Shown here: in pieces, positions 36,661 to 47,517 of the stretch | Layout of the letters: every line of letters starts with the position of its first letter | How positions within the stretch are numbered: the stretch's first letter is position 1 | Program-made: the position numbers and the translations under genes | Assembly (NCBI GenBank): GCA_013265495.1 | Contig: MU058463.1 | Coordinates: forward strand, 2,813,523-2,877,522 | Direction: 5' to 3' | Length of the DNA: 64,000 bases | DNA from: Vicugna vicugna | Taxonomy: Eukaryota | The notes under the pieces: generated by a model | Seen by the model: the letters and a program-made list of their open reading frames with translations, nothing else | Told to the model about the DNA's origin: nothing | The model's database searches: none

Positions 36661-38579
36661 TCATGCTAAGAATCAAAATCAAGGTTTCTATAACTTTTTT
36701 TATTCCTCCACAATGTAAAGAATTCTACATACAATGAAAGCTCAGTAATTTCTGAATGATGACATAAAAACCAGCAAGACTGTGTATATGCAGTTTTCAA
36801 CAACTGCTACCTCCATGTAACCAGATTGCTACAATATGATTACAACTATAGATACACAAAAAAGGATTAATGATCAAATTAAAAAGCAGTAGATATCTAT
36901 GGCTTATATTGAAACAAATTGTAATGATTCTAGAAAAAAAAAAAAGCTTTGAATTGGTTATATAAGATCAAGGGCTCTCCCTCCTTCCCTCATATCTAAG
37001 CAAAATAGTGCCCAAATATACAAGCATACAGTAGACTAACAATAGAATTCAATATTGATTTGCTTGTCCAAAACACATACAAAGCAAATCTTATGGAGAG
37101 CTTTATGATGTTAATAGTTTGCCTAATCACATCATTTGGAATACAACACTTTATTTTGAAATGAGTGTAAAAAAATCAATATTCTCTCCCTGCACTATCT
37201 GTATGCTGTCACCACATGATGCACTCGTAATTTTCTAACAGTAATTTCGAATCAAAACTGCATCAAAGAGCCACCTACACTGGCTGCATTCGGACTTGCT
37301 ATGAGATTATTGTTACACTATGAGCTATATTTGCATACATTAAAATACAGCGAAAAAAGTGGCCACTCTGCATGCTAAATAGTTGTTTTTCCTAAACTTA
37401 AATATCTCAGGTGGCTGCTTTTATTCCCCAACCCTCTAAAGGCATTTTCTACATTAGAAATTGCCTTCCTACCAGGAAATTATTTGCAAAAACTCGAATC
37501 AACACCACCTTTGTTTATTTGTGATATCATCACTATCTTTCTATGTCTGTTTTCAAGCTGCAAGGCTGAGTCTTTACAAGTTCGTGTTCTCCTGCTGTTT
37601 CACTCTCACCTCAAGTCAGCCTCCGCTGTTGCAAAGGGCATGTGCTAATGATCCAAGTCACAAGTGAGTATATAAAAGAAAAAATGAAAAGACTATAATC
37701 ACATTAATGAAACCAACAAGGGAGGTTTTTCAGCTGAACGTCTCCAAGGTTTTGGGAAGTGCCCCGTTATCACTCGCACAACCTCTTCTACCTACTCCTA
37801 ACCTACGCCAGTCTCCTACCTACAGCCTGGCTGATCCAGGACCATAAGCTTGGAGATGCAGCTAGCATGAGATAGCACCAAAACCCACACAGGACATTGT
37901 TATTCATTAAATACACACTTCTATTTTAAACCACACCTCTGACTGCAGGCGGGTGTTTGCCTGAAGGTAGGTCATTGAGAGTCAATGCAAATGAAGGCAG
38001 TTCCCCTGCAGGGAAAAATTTAACGTAGGGAACTTTGTGGGCATAGGTCTTACTCAAAGCAGCACCACCGGTGTTCTTTAGGATGGAGCCCCATCACCGA
38101 GGCTTCCAGACTGATTACTGAGAGTGCAGTTTCTCCCAGCAGACCACTCACGTGGTGCCTTCCACTGACACTGAGCTGCCATCACTGTAAATGAAAATAA
38201 CACGGGTTACAGTGAGAGACACAGGATACCCTGTACAGTATGGTAATTACCTTGCTAGTCACTCTTCTTCTTGAGTAACATTCACTGGAAGCTGTCTAAC
38301 GCAAATCACATTAGAGGAGACATTACCGTGAACCAACCTTGTTTCATAAGCGCTTTGAAGTTGTGGAGAATATAGAGGTGAATGCTTGAATCTCTGGGGA
38401 AGCTGAGTCTTAAGTTCCATAGCGAAAGCAACCTCCTTTCTCTGGGAGGACTTGGTGGCTTCCAGATCAGATCAAGAGATTGCATTTGCTCCCCAACTCC
38501 AGTGTGAAATTGGAGGTTTATAAGAAGCCACAAGAGTGGGGAGGGGTTCTCTTTGAAGATTTCTCTGCTGGCTCTAGAT

Positions 38580-38742
38580 CACTGGTTCTCAAACTTGGCT
38601 GCACATTAGGAATCACAAGAGGAGTTCTCAAAAATGCTAAGGCCTGGGGTTCCACCTTCAGAGATTCTGGCTTACTTGCTCTGGGTGCTGGGCAAAGACC
38701 TACTAGACCATTCAGTTGTACAAATACTTTCGAGAACCATGG
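38580..38742. mobile_element. MER5A
   Basis: cactggttctcaaacttggctgcacattaggaatcac...gagaaccatgg. Confidence 0.8.
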
Positions 38743-38750
38743 CGTTAGAC

Positions 38751-38917
38751 CAGTGGTTCTCAAAATGTATCATGCATGTGAGTCACCTATAGGTCTTGTT
38801 AAAATGCAGATTTGATTCAGTAAGTCTTGGCTGGAGTCTCAGATACCACTTTTCTGGTAAGTTCCCAAATAGCTGCCAAAGCTCCTGACCTGCAAACCAA
38901 GCTTTAAGTAGCAAGGC
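38751..38917. mobile_element. MER5A/MER5B, tandem with the previous copy
   Basis: cagtggttctcaaa...tcacc...cttgttaaaatgcagatt...tgattcagtaagtc...ctttaagtagcaagg. Confidence 0.8.
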
Positions 38918-39314
38918 TTTAGACCACATTGGTAATGCAGGCAATGAGATAATAAATCCCCTTTATCAATAACCTGTCTTTACCTTCAATCACAGCAGTA
39001 CCCCATTCTGGTGAATGTACAATGCCGTATACCAATGATACGTATTTACACTTATATGTAGTTGAAAAGATACAGATTATAATTGCCAGCCACTAAATCC
39101 AGCACTGGTGTATCATCTGATCCTGAGTATAATTCTGTACTACATCCATTTAACATACAAAAGTGTTTATTTTGATATCAAGCAGATAATTTACTTTACA
39201 GGTCTCCTACACCAAAACTTTTGGCTGAATCTTAAAAAAAAAAAGTGCTCCTGAGAGTAGTCATACATACAAAGGTATTAATTAGTTGGTAATATAGCTA
39301 TTATAATAACTTTG

Positions 39315-39440
39315 TTACTTTTTTTGGTCGGGGGGGAGATAATTAGATTTATTTATTTATTTTTAGAGGAGGTACTGGGGATTGAACTCGACCTTGTGTA
39401 TGTTAAGCATGTGCTCTACCACTTGAGCTATACCCTCCCC
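39315..39440 (-). mobile_element. tRNA-Ala-derived camelid SINE (Vic-1 type)
   Basis: ggaggtactggggattgaac...ctctaccacttgagctataccctcccc. 17-bp TSD with 2 mismatches (39298-39314, 39441-39457). Confidence 0.9.
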
Positions 39441-39804
39441 CTATTATAGTACCTTTGACTTAATATTGTATGTATATGAATGACAAGTTCAATCGAATCA
39501 CCAAACCCACTTTATTTTTTATCCTCATTTTCTTCATCCCCAGATTACAAGATTGAAAGAGGGTTTTTAAATGACATGGGTGGGTGTCTCAAACTCCAAC
39601 AGCCTTCCCTACCTTAGTACTATAATACATCTGGAGTATTTTATATCTGTTAAAAAATAAAGTACTTTTAAAGACATAAAAATTCACACCACAACAAAGC
39701 TCTAAAAGTTACAATTTATGCTAGTAATTAGGAATATTCTTCTCCTAAAAGGTCAATGGAGTTGGATTAAGAATAATAAATAGAGAGTTATATTCTTCAC
39801 CACA

Positions 39805-40097
39805 ATAATGATAGCTCACTATGGCCATACACTTGCTTTAAACACTATTTATCTGCGTATCTAGATACGCAGAGACAGAGAGAAAGATACATGATATGTG
39901 CGTATTTACGTTCATTTAACCCTCAAAGGATTCCCGCAAGATTTTTAAATTCCCATTTTATATTTGAAAAAAAAACTGACAAAGAGAAGTTAAATAACTT
40001 ACACAAGACCAAAGAGTTAAAGTGTTGAAGCCAGGATTCAAACACATATTTTCAGGATCCAGACCTCTGCTTTCACCCACTCTGTTATAATGCCTTT
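39805..40097 (-). mobile_element. MIR SINE
   Basis: tcatttaaccctca...aaactgacaaagagaagttaaataactt...agccaggattcaaac. Confidence 0.8.
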
Positions 40098-40924
40098 CAA
40101 GAAGGAGGGCAAACCCTTCCACCTGAAAGGTTGGAAGCTCCCCTGACCACTGCTCCACCCCACACCCCTCGCTCAGCAAAGCAGGTTCTGTAATTTCCAG
40201 AATTCTGAGGAGTCAGCCCTCTAGGTACAAGTGATATTTTGGGGTTTTTTTGAAATAATCAAGCAGATTACCTGCTTCCCCACCTTCAGTTTTTCTGATT
40301 CCTTTCCAAAATGCCGATTCCAAGTGAATAAGAATCAGAGAGAATTTGAGTGGACACAGGATTTCTAAAACCATCAGTATCAGCAGTTCCCAGGTAGACT
40401 GGAAGTGGTGGGAGGGGTAGCACTGGGTCCTGAAAAGCAGAAAGACTGGAATGATTGTTCTGAGGGATCCCTAATCCAGGGAAGGAGAATACAAACAGGA
40501 GAACTTGGTTCTCAGATCTGCCACATGATGGAAACGGGAGTCCTGGCTAATTGAGGGGCTGAGTTTTCTCTGGAGCTGCTGGTGAATGTAGAACTTTATG
40601 CAGCTGAAGTCTGGATTGATTTTTGTGGTCTGGATGTACTGCTGAGTACAAAAATATCAGAGAGAGACGCCAAGGTAATGGCTGCTGTCAGAAGGAATTC
40701 TGAGACATGCTTAGAAAATTAAGCTTAAAGGTTTGAGGTCCCATCGTGGTGTCTAGGTGCTGAAAGTTATCAGAGTCAAAGATTAATAGTATTCCCTTTG
40801 AAACCAAGAATCAGTCATTGCTGATAATAACTCATTGTGACCTAGAAATAGAAAAAAAGCATTCTCATATTATATGTTTATTTTAGGAAAAAATGATAAA
40901 GATCATTCTAAAAGGCAAAACACT

Positions 40925-41180
40925 ACACCCTGGATAACTAAAGACAGAAACAGGAGATGCTCCTTATCATTGCTATTTTTTAACAGTGCTCTGGAAATCT
41001 TAGGCGATGCAAAAAGACAAGATTAAGAAATAAGATATTGAAAACCTTGTAACAGCCTAATGCGAAAAGAAGATGGAAAGGAATACATATATATACATAT
41101 ATAAAACTGAATCATTATGCTGTACACCAGAAAGTAATACAACATTATAAATTGACTATATTTCAATAAATAAATAAATT
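40925..41180 (+). mobile_element. old L1 ORF2 (RT) fragment followed by a short younger L1 3' end
   Basis: ggagatgctccttatcattgctatttttaacagtgctctggaa (RQGCPLSPLLFN-like region). Then aactgaatcattatgctgtacaccagaaagtaatacaacattataaattgactatatttcaataaa. Confidence 0.7.
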
Positions 41181-41584
41181 TTCACTTAAGAAAAGCAGGA
41201 TATGTATACACACATATCGCAAAAAAAAAAATAGTAAAGAGAAAACTAGCCTTGTTTGAAAATAACAAGATGATCAGAAGGAATCTTTATAAATAGCAAA
41301 ACTAATATGAGATTTCAGTAAATGAATATATTTAATAAAACTTAAATATTTTTATTTATAAACCTTAATATTTAAAAATCTTTTACAAATGAATAACATA
41401 AAGCATGTTAATAGCATGAGCAAAGTAAATAAAGATAAATAATACAATTGAGTATATAAGAATCCTTTAAGTAAAAATTAAAATATAAATTTTAAAATAT
41501 GAGATAGCAATACCAATTTGATAAAAATACTTTAAAGATGTTTTAATAATTATAATAAACAGAAGATAATATTTTAAAAAGAAA

Positions 41585-41775
41585 ATTTGTCAAAACCCAT
41601 ACAATGTACAAGTTTAACCAAGAGTGAACCCTAGTGTAAACTGTTGACTTTGGGTGAAAATGATGTGTCCATATATTATTATCAGTTTTAACAACTTCCC
41701 ACTGTGGTGCAGGATGTTGACAGAGATTGTGCATATGTAGGGGGAAGGGCGTATGGGAGCTCTGTGCTTTTGCTC
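41585..41775 (+). mobile_element. L1MC-type 3'UTR fragment
   Basis: atttgtcaaaacccata...agagtgaaccctagtgtaaactgttgactttgggtg. Confidence 0.75.
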
Positions 41776-41777
41776 AC

Positions 41778-42255
41778 TTTTTAAATTGAAACACAATTGA
41801 TGCACAGTGCTATTTTAGTTTCAGGTATACTAATTGTGATCTGACACTTGCATATATTATGAAATGAGCACCAGGATAAGTCTAGGAGTCATCTGTGCCA
41901 ATGCAAAGCTATTACAGGATTATTGACCACATTTTGTAGATTTTCTCTTTATCTTTAACTTTTACCATTTTAGATGTGTGTTTTGCTGTGGAACCTTTTG
42001 GGTTTATCTTGTATGGCACTCACTGTGCTTCCTGGACTTGGATGTTTGTTTCTTTTCCCAGGTTATAGAAGTTTACAGCTATTATTTCTTGAAATAAGTC
42101 CTTTGCTCCTTTCTCTCTCTCTTCTCCTTCTGGGGCTCCTATCATGTGATGTTGGTACACTTGATGTTGTCCTAGAGGTCTCTTAAACTATCCTCATTAA
42201 AACATATTTTTTTCTCTTGTCTGTTCAGCTTGAGTGATTTCCATTATTCTGCCTT
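41778..42255 (-). mobile_element. L1 ORF1 fragment joined to an L1 3' terminus
   Basis: 41935-42255 is reverse ORF1 (tcttctccttctggggctcctat, GVPEGEE region). 41778-41933 is a reverse L1MA-type 3' end (ttttaaattgaa...tagtttcaggtatac). Confidence 0.75.
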
Positions 42256-42834
42256 AAAAAGTAGTTTAGTATCAAGAATCTTCAGGATACTGATACACTA
42301 GGACCCTATAATTTTGCTTCTGGGAATGAATTTAACTTGTTAAAAATTAGCAGATTTATGAGGATGTTTCATTCTATTTTATACTGATAAAAGCAAACAA
42401 CAAACAAACAAAACAAAACAGAACCTAACTGTCAAAAGCATCCTGGAAGTACATAGTTGCTGAGTCAAAAGCATGCTTGGAATATTTAACAATTTTAAAT
42501 GTTCAAGATAAAATATCACATAAACAAAAGAAAGATCTACATTGTGTATTTATACAGTTTTAATCTTAACTCTATAAAATATACTAAATACTTCTTTAAA
42601 GCTATATGGAAATTCACTAATATATTAATAATATTATCTCTAAGTGATAAGATTTTAGATAATTTTTATTTACTTTTTTATTTTTCTATTTTCTGAATGT
42701 TCTTCAATGGTACATCTTACATATAGAATTTAAACACAAAATAAGTATTATTTTTAAAAAATACTACTCAAGCTAGCTCACTATTTAAGAATCAATTAAT
42801 GTAATTACAGTCTTTAAAAGAATAACCACATGCT

Positions 42835-43699
42835 GGATAGCCACATGTAAATCAATAAATTTAGAATGTCCCCACACCCCATATACAAAAATAAACTCAA
42901 AATGGCTTAAAGACTTAAGCAGAAGACAGGACACCAAAAATCTCCTAGAAGAGAACATAGGCAAAACATTTGCTGACATGAATTGTAGCAATGTTCTCCT
43001 AGGTCAGTCTACCAAGGCAATAGAAATAAAAGCAAAAATAAACAAATGAGACTTAATTAAACTTATAAGCTTTTGCACAACAAAGGAAACTATAAACAAA
43101 ACAAAAAGACAATCCACAGAATGGAAGAAAAATATTTGCAAATAATGTGACTGACAAGGGCTTAATTGCCAGAATATACAAACAGCTCATACAACTCAAC
43201 AACAAGAAAAAAAACATAATCCAAAAAGTGGGCAGGAGACCTAAATAGATATTTCCCCCTACAGACATACAGATGGCCAATAGGCATGTAAAAAGATGTT
43301 CAATCTCACTATTATCAGAGAAATGCAAATCAAAACTGCATTGAGTTATCACCTCACATCAGTCAGGATGGTCATCATTAAAAAGTCCACAAATGATAAA
43401 TGCTGGGAGGGTATGGAGAAAAGGGAACACTTCCACGCTGTTGGTGGGAATGTAATTTGGTGCAGCCACTATGGAGGACAGTATGGAGATTCCTCAAAAA
43501 AATAAAAATAGACTTATCGTATGATCCAGTAATCCCACTCCTGGGCATATATCTGGAGGGAACTCTAATTTGAAAAGATACATACACCCCAGTATTCATA
43601 GCAGCACTATCATAATAGCCAAAACATGGAAGCAACCTAAATGTCCATTGACAGGTGAATGGATAAAGAAGTTGCAGAAAAAAATATATATGTGTATAT

Positions 43700-43790
<91 letters not shown>

Positions 43791-44297
43791 TATATACATA
43801 TATATGTGTATATATACAGTGAAATACTACTCAGCCATAAAAAGAATAAAATAATGCCATTTGCAACACCATGGATAGACCTAGAGATTATCATACTAAG
43901 TGAAGTAAGCCAGAAGAAAAAGACAAATACCATATATCATTTATATGTGGAATCTAAAAACATGACACAAATGAACTTATTTACAAAACAGAAACAGACT
44001 CTTAGACATAGAAAAAAAACTTATGGTTATCAAGGGGGAAAGGCAGGGGAGGGATAAATTGGCAGTTTGGGATTTGCAGATACTAACTACTATATATAAC
44101 ATAGATAAACAACAAGGTCCTACTGTATAGCACAGGGAACTATATTCAATATCTTTTAGTAACCTATAATGAAAAAGAATATATGTATATGTGTGTGTAT
44201 GTTTGTGTATCTGTGTATAACTGAATGTCTATGCTGTATACCAGAGACTAACACTGTAAATCGACTATACTTCAATAATAATAATAGTAATAATAAT
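42835..44297 (+). mobile_element. 5'-truncated LINE-1 (ORF2 C-terminal part and 3'UTR)
   Basis: [24 protein letters not shown] and IILSEVSQ motifs, (AAT)n tail, perfect 14-bp TSD AATAACCACATGCT at 42821-42834 and 44298-44311. Confidence 0.95.
43684..43817. repeat. compound (TG)n(TA)n(CA)n microsatellite inside L1
   Basis: Directly visible alternating purine-pyrimidine tract. Confidence 0.95.
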
Positions 44298-44500
44298 AAT
44301 AACCACATGCTTATATCAATTCATGCAGAAAAAGTGTTTGACAAAATTCAACCTTTCTTCATGATAAAATCTCTCAGCAAACTGAACAGACAAGAACTTC
44401 CTTAACTGGATAAAAGACACTTACAAAAACCTATAGTCAAATTCTTTCCCCTAAATTCAGCAAGAACACAACTTAAGACTTCCACCATATTTGTCAACAA
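44298..44500 (+). mobile_element. older L1 RT-domain fragment (target of the younger L1)
   Basis: Translates NHMLISIHAEKVFDKIQPFFMIKSL, matching the L1 RT motif NHMIISIDAEKAFDKIQ. Continues from ~42790-42834. Confidence 0.8.
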
Positions 44501-44513
44501 CAAGCATGGAATA

Positions 44514-44679
44514 CCTTGCTACTCAAAGTGTGGTCCAGGGACCAACAACAAGGGCAACCCCTGGGAGCATGTTGGACGTGCAGAATTTCAAGTCAGGTCT
44601 AGACCCACTGAATCAGGGCCTGCAGTTTGACAAGGTCTCCAGGCAGCCCCAGTGCACATTACAGTTCGAGAAGCCCTTG
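44514..44679. mobile_element. MER5A1/MER5B
   Basis: ccttgctactcaaagtgtggtcc...agacccactgaatcag...cacattacagttcgagaagc. Confidence 0.8.
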
Positions 44680-44684
44680 TGTAC

Positions 44685-44830
44685 TAGACAGCCTTGGGTT
44701 TCAATCTCATCTCCACTACTGTGTGTCTTTGGGCAAGTCTCCTAACCTGTCTGAGTCTCTGATTCCTCATCTATAAAATATAGAAAATGGTATTTCCCTT
44801 TCCAGGTTGTTATAAACATAAAGAGAAGAG
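44685..44830 (+). mobile_element. MIR
   Basis: tgtgtgtctttgggcaagtctcctaacctgtctgagtctctgattcctcatctataaaat. Confidence 0.8.
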
Positions 44831-45294
44831 ACCTGGTAATATCGGGCTCCAAATTTTGCAAAAAGCCTGAGCCATATCTGCCATTTCTTTTATAAAAACC
44901 ATGACTTGTAAGTGAGTAGTAAGTTCAAGAGTGTCAGTACACAGAGAGAAAATCAACATTTCCAAAACTGATAGGGAAAAAGCAAAAGCAAGAACTCAAG
45001 TCTCCTGAGTGCCTGATGATCACACAGTGTTTGACTTTGCTGAGCCCTTATCACAAAGCTCATATCCTCTGCCCAAGCCCTGCTCCAAGCTGCATCCTGA
45101 ATCGCTGAGTTACATACTCCTGGGCACATCACAGCCGTAAGCAGACAGCATTGGTCTATGTGTATATAGACATAGTACTGCTGTCATTTCTAAAGGACAA
45201 GTTGAGGCTTAGGTAGGCTATCTCCCTCTTCAATCTACCTTATCTGTCTCACCAAGCCTTAAAAAAGAAAGCTCCTAATTTCAATCTTGAGACC

Positions 45295-45659
45295 TGTTGG
45301 TTTGCAAATTGGCCTGCATACACAGAGGGTGAGAATGACTGAAGAAAGAGGCTCCGGGTTGGTAGGGGCAATTTTAGCAAGTGGGGGGACTTACTTACGA
45401 AGTTTGTCAGGGGTGTAGCTCTCCGCACCCGCCCGCCAGCATCTTAAAAGTTTACACAGAGGCCTTAGAGGGGTTCACAGTCCAGACTCTCTCAACTACA
45501 CTCTGCTCTCTCAAGGCTGGATCCTAGAAACAACTCCCACTGTGGGAATGGTCGGCCGAGTGTACCTTTCAAGGACAGGGGAGGGGTCGAGGAGCGATTG
45601 CCTGGGTTCAGCTGCAGGGTCAACCAGGAGTCACGTCCTCTCAGTGACCCCCTCCAACA
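45295..45659 (-). mobile_element. ERV solo LTR (family uncertain)
   Basis: Inverted termini TGTTGG...CCAACA, 365 bp, GC-richer than flanks. No clear TSD, and orientation is tentative. Confidence 0.6.
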
Positions 45660-46589
45660 ATAGCTCTGAGAGAGAAATGTAAAAAATAGTTCATCAGAGT
45701 GAAAAATGCAAAATGGCAAGCGCAAAAGACATTTTCTAGAACTCACTTCAGCTCTAAATAGAAACGAGAGGATCAGAAAAATGAATTGGTCAACAGCAAA
45801 GAATGAATGAGTCTCAGGGCTTCTTATTCTTAATTCCAATATTTTAGGAATCCTACAGTCATCATGTGCTCCTTACGTCTGATTTATTACCTTCCTCCTG
45901 CTGCTATTTTCGCCAGTGTCCCCTTTTTGTCCTTAATGAGGATGTAGGACATTCGGTCACCAGTCATCTTTGCAGAAAGTTCCTGTGTCCTTATTCAATC
46001 ATCCCTCACCTTTGTCCTCATCAGCTTTGCTAAATTTTATCTTATGAACAAACCATTTTTCCTGTTGTCTTTCACTCAAACAAGATACCAAATCTATCCC
46101 CTTCTCTTTGCCTTAAATCTTTTTCATCCCTTGTCTGGGCTTCTGAAAATGTTTCTAGAAAGAGCTGTGGAGCTCTCATCTGCCTCTCCAACCTCATGCT
46201 CTCTTCACAGCACAGGGGATGACCTCCTGCAGGGCCCGATACCAGATCCTGGGCCATGCCCATAGCCACCAGGGCCTGTCATCACTACTCAGGACTGCTG
46301 TGTGGCCCCAGTGTCCAGCAGACACCATCTACAGTGACAAGAGAATAATGGAGACACTACAGTGAATTTTCATAATACTGCCTTTATCTCCATGGAAACT
46401 GTTGCCTTGTATTCTGAGATTACATGTTTCTTACTTCTGTTTTTTTTTCCCTTTTGTTAGCATAGTAAAACATTGCCCCCTTTTTAAATGGTCTTGTTTT
46501 TCAGAATTAAAACTCTGACAATCCTCTGTCTTCATCTCTGCTGTTGTTTCTTTTTTACTGCTCCGTGAAATCTCAGAATCTGGGTGTAG

Positions 46590-46835
46590 AGGTTAAGAAC
46601 ACATACCTTAACCTCTGTGATCTAAGCTAGGTAAGAGCCTCTGCTCTGCTCTCTGTTGAGGGCGTAACCACAGACAAGTCGCTAACCCCCTCTAAGCTTT
46701 TGGTTTATTCATATTACAATGTAAAAAACAGTACCTGCATTGTCAAAAAAGAAATGAATAATATATGTCAAGTGCCTAACATAGTACCTGGCACAGTGTA
46801 ATAAATCAATAAATAGTAATTATGATTATTATTAT
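46590..46835 (+). mobile_element. MIR
   Basis: ggttaagaacac...aaatgaataatatatgtcaagtgcctaacatagtacctggcacag. Confidence 0.75.
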
Positions 46836-46992
46836 GCTTCCTTGAGGGTTATTTGGCCAAACATTTAAAATAAGCTCCTATCTGTGTCAAGGCCTTAGGA
46901 GACGAAGACTGACGTCCCATCAACCTCAGGATGTCACCTTCGATTGTAGGTCAGACCTACAGGACAGGGCTTCAGGACTGACACGGAGCCAG

Positions 46993-47517
46993 TGTATTAA
47001 TCATGGATTTTTTTTTCTATATTTTATGATGCTTTGGCATCTTGGGGACCCAGTGGACCACAGGAGGAGCTGTTCCTCCCAGGATTGGCTAATTCCTAGG
47101 GATAGCAAACAATTTGTCTGGGAGTGTGCCCTTGATGTGCAAAGCAACAGATCCATAACCCCAAACACCTCTTTTAACTAACTCGCAAATGCCAAGCCAG
47201 TATCTCCCTTCCTCAAAATCATCCCAGGCACCAGACAACCAGAGACCGCCCTTATAGCCCAGAGACCAATGAAATTAATCTAACTAGTCAACCCTAAGAT
47301 GTTTACCCTGCCCTGCCTTGCCTTTCCAGCAGAAACCAAAATATAGGCTTGTGGCCATGCTTTCCCCTTGCCCCTCTGACCCCTGACTGACCCAGGTGCC
47401 TCCCCCTATGGACCTGTTTCTAGGGAACTGGAAGGAAATGCTTCTTCCTTCATGGTAGTTGTCTCCTGAGCCACTGGCCTCACCATATACCAGAATAAAA
47501 CAAATCCCGTGATAAAC
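46993..47517 (+). mobile_element. MER74A-like ERVL solo LTR
   Basis: tgtattaatcatgg...gatgctttggcatcttgggg...ggctaattcctagggatagcaaac...ccctgccctgccttgcctttcc. Confidence 0.75.

Noticed and set aside
43378..44057. Long ORFs rich in YI/CV repeats
   Set aside because: Artefacts of the dinucleotide microsatellite and L1 sequence.
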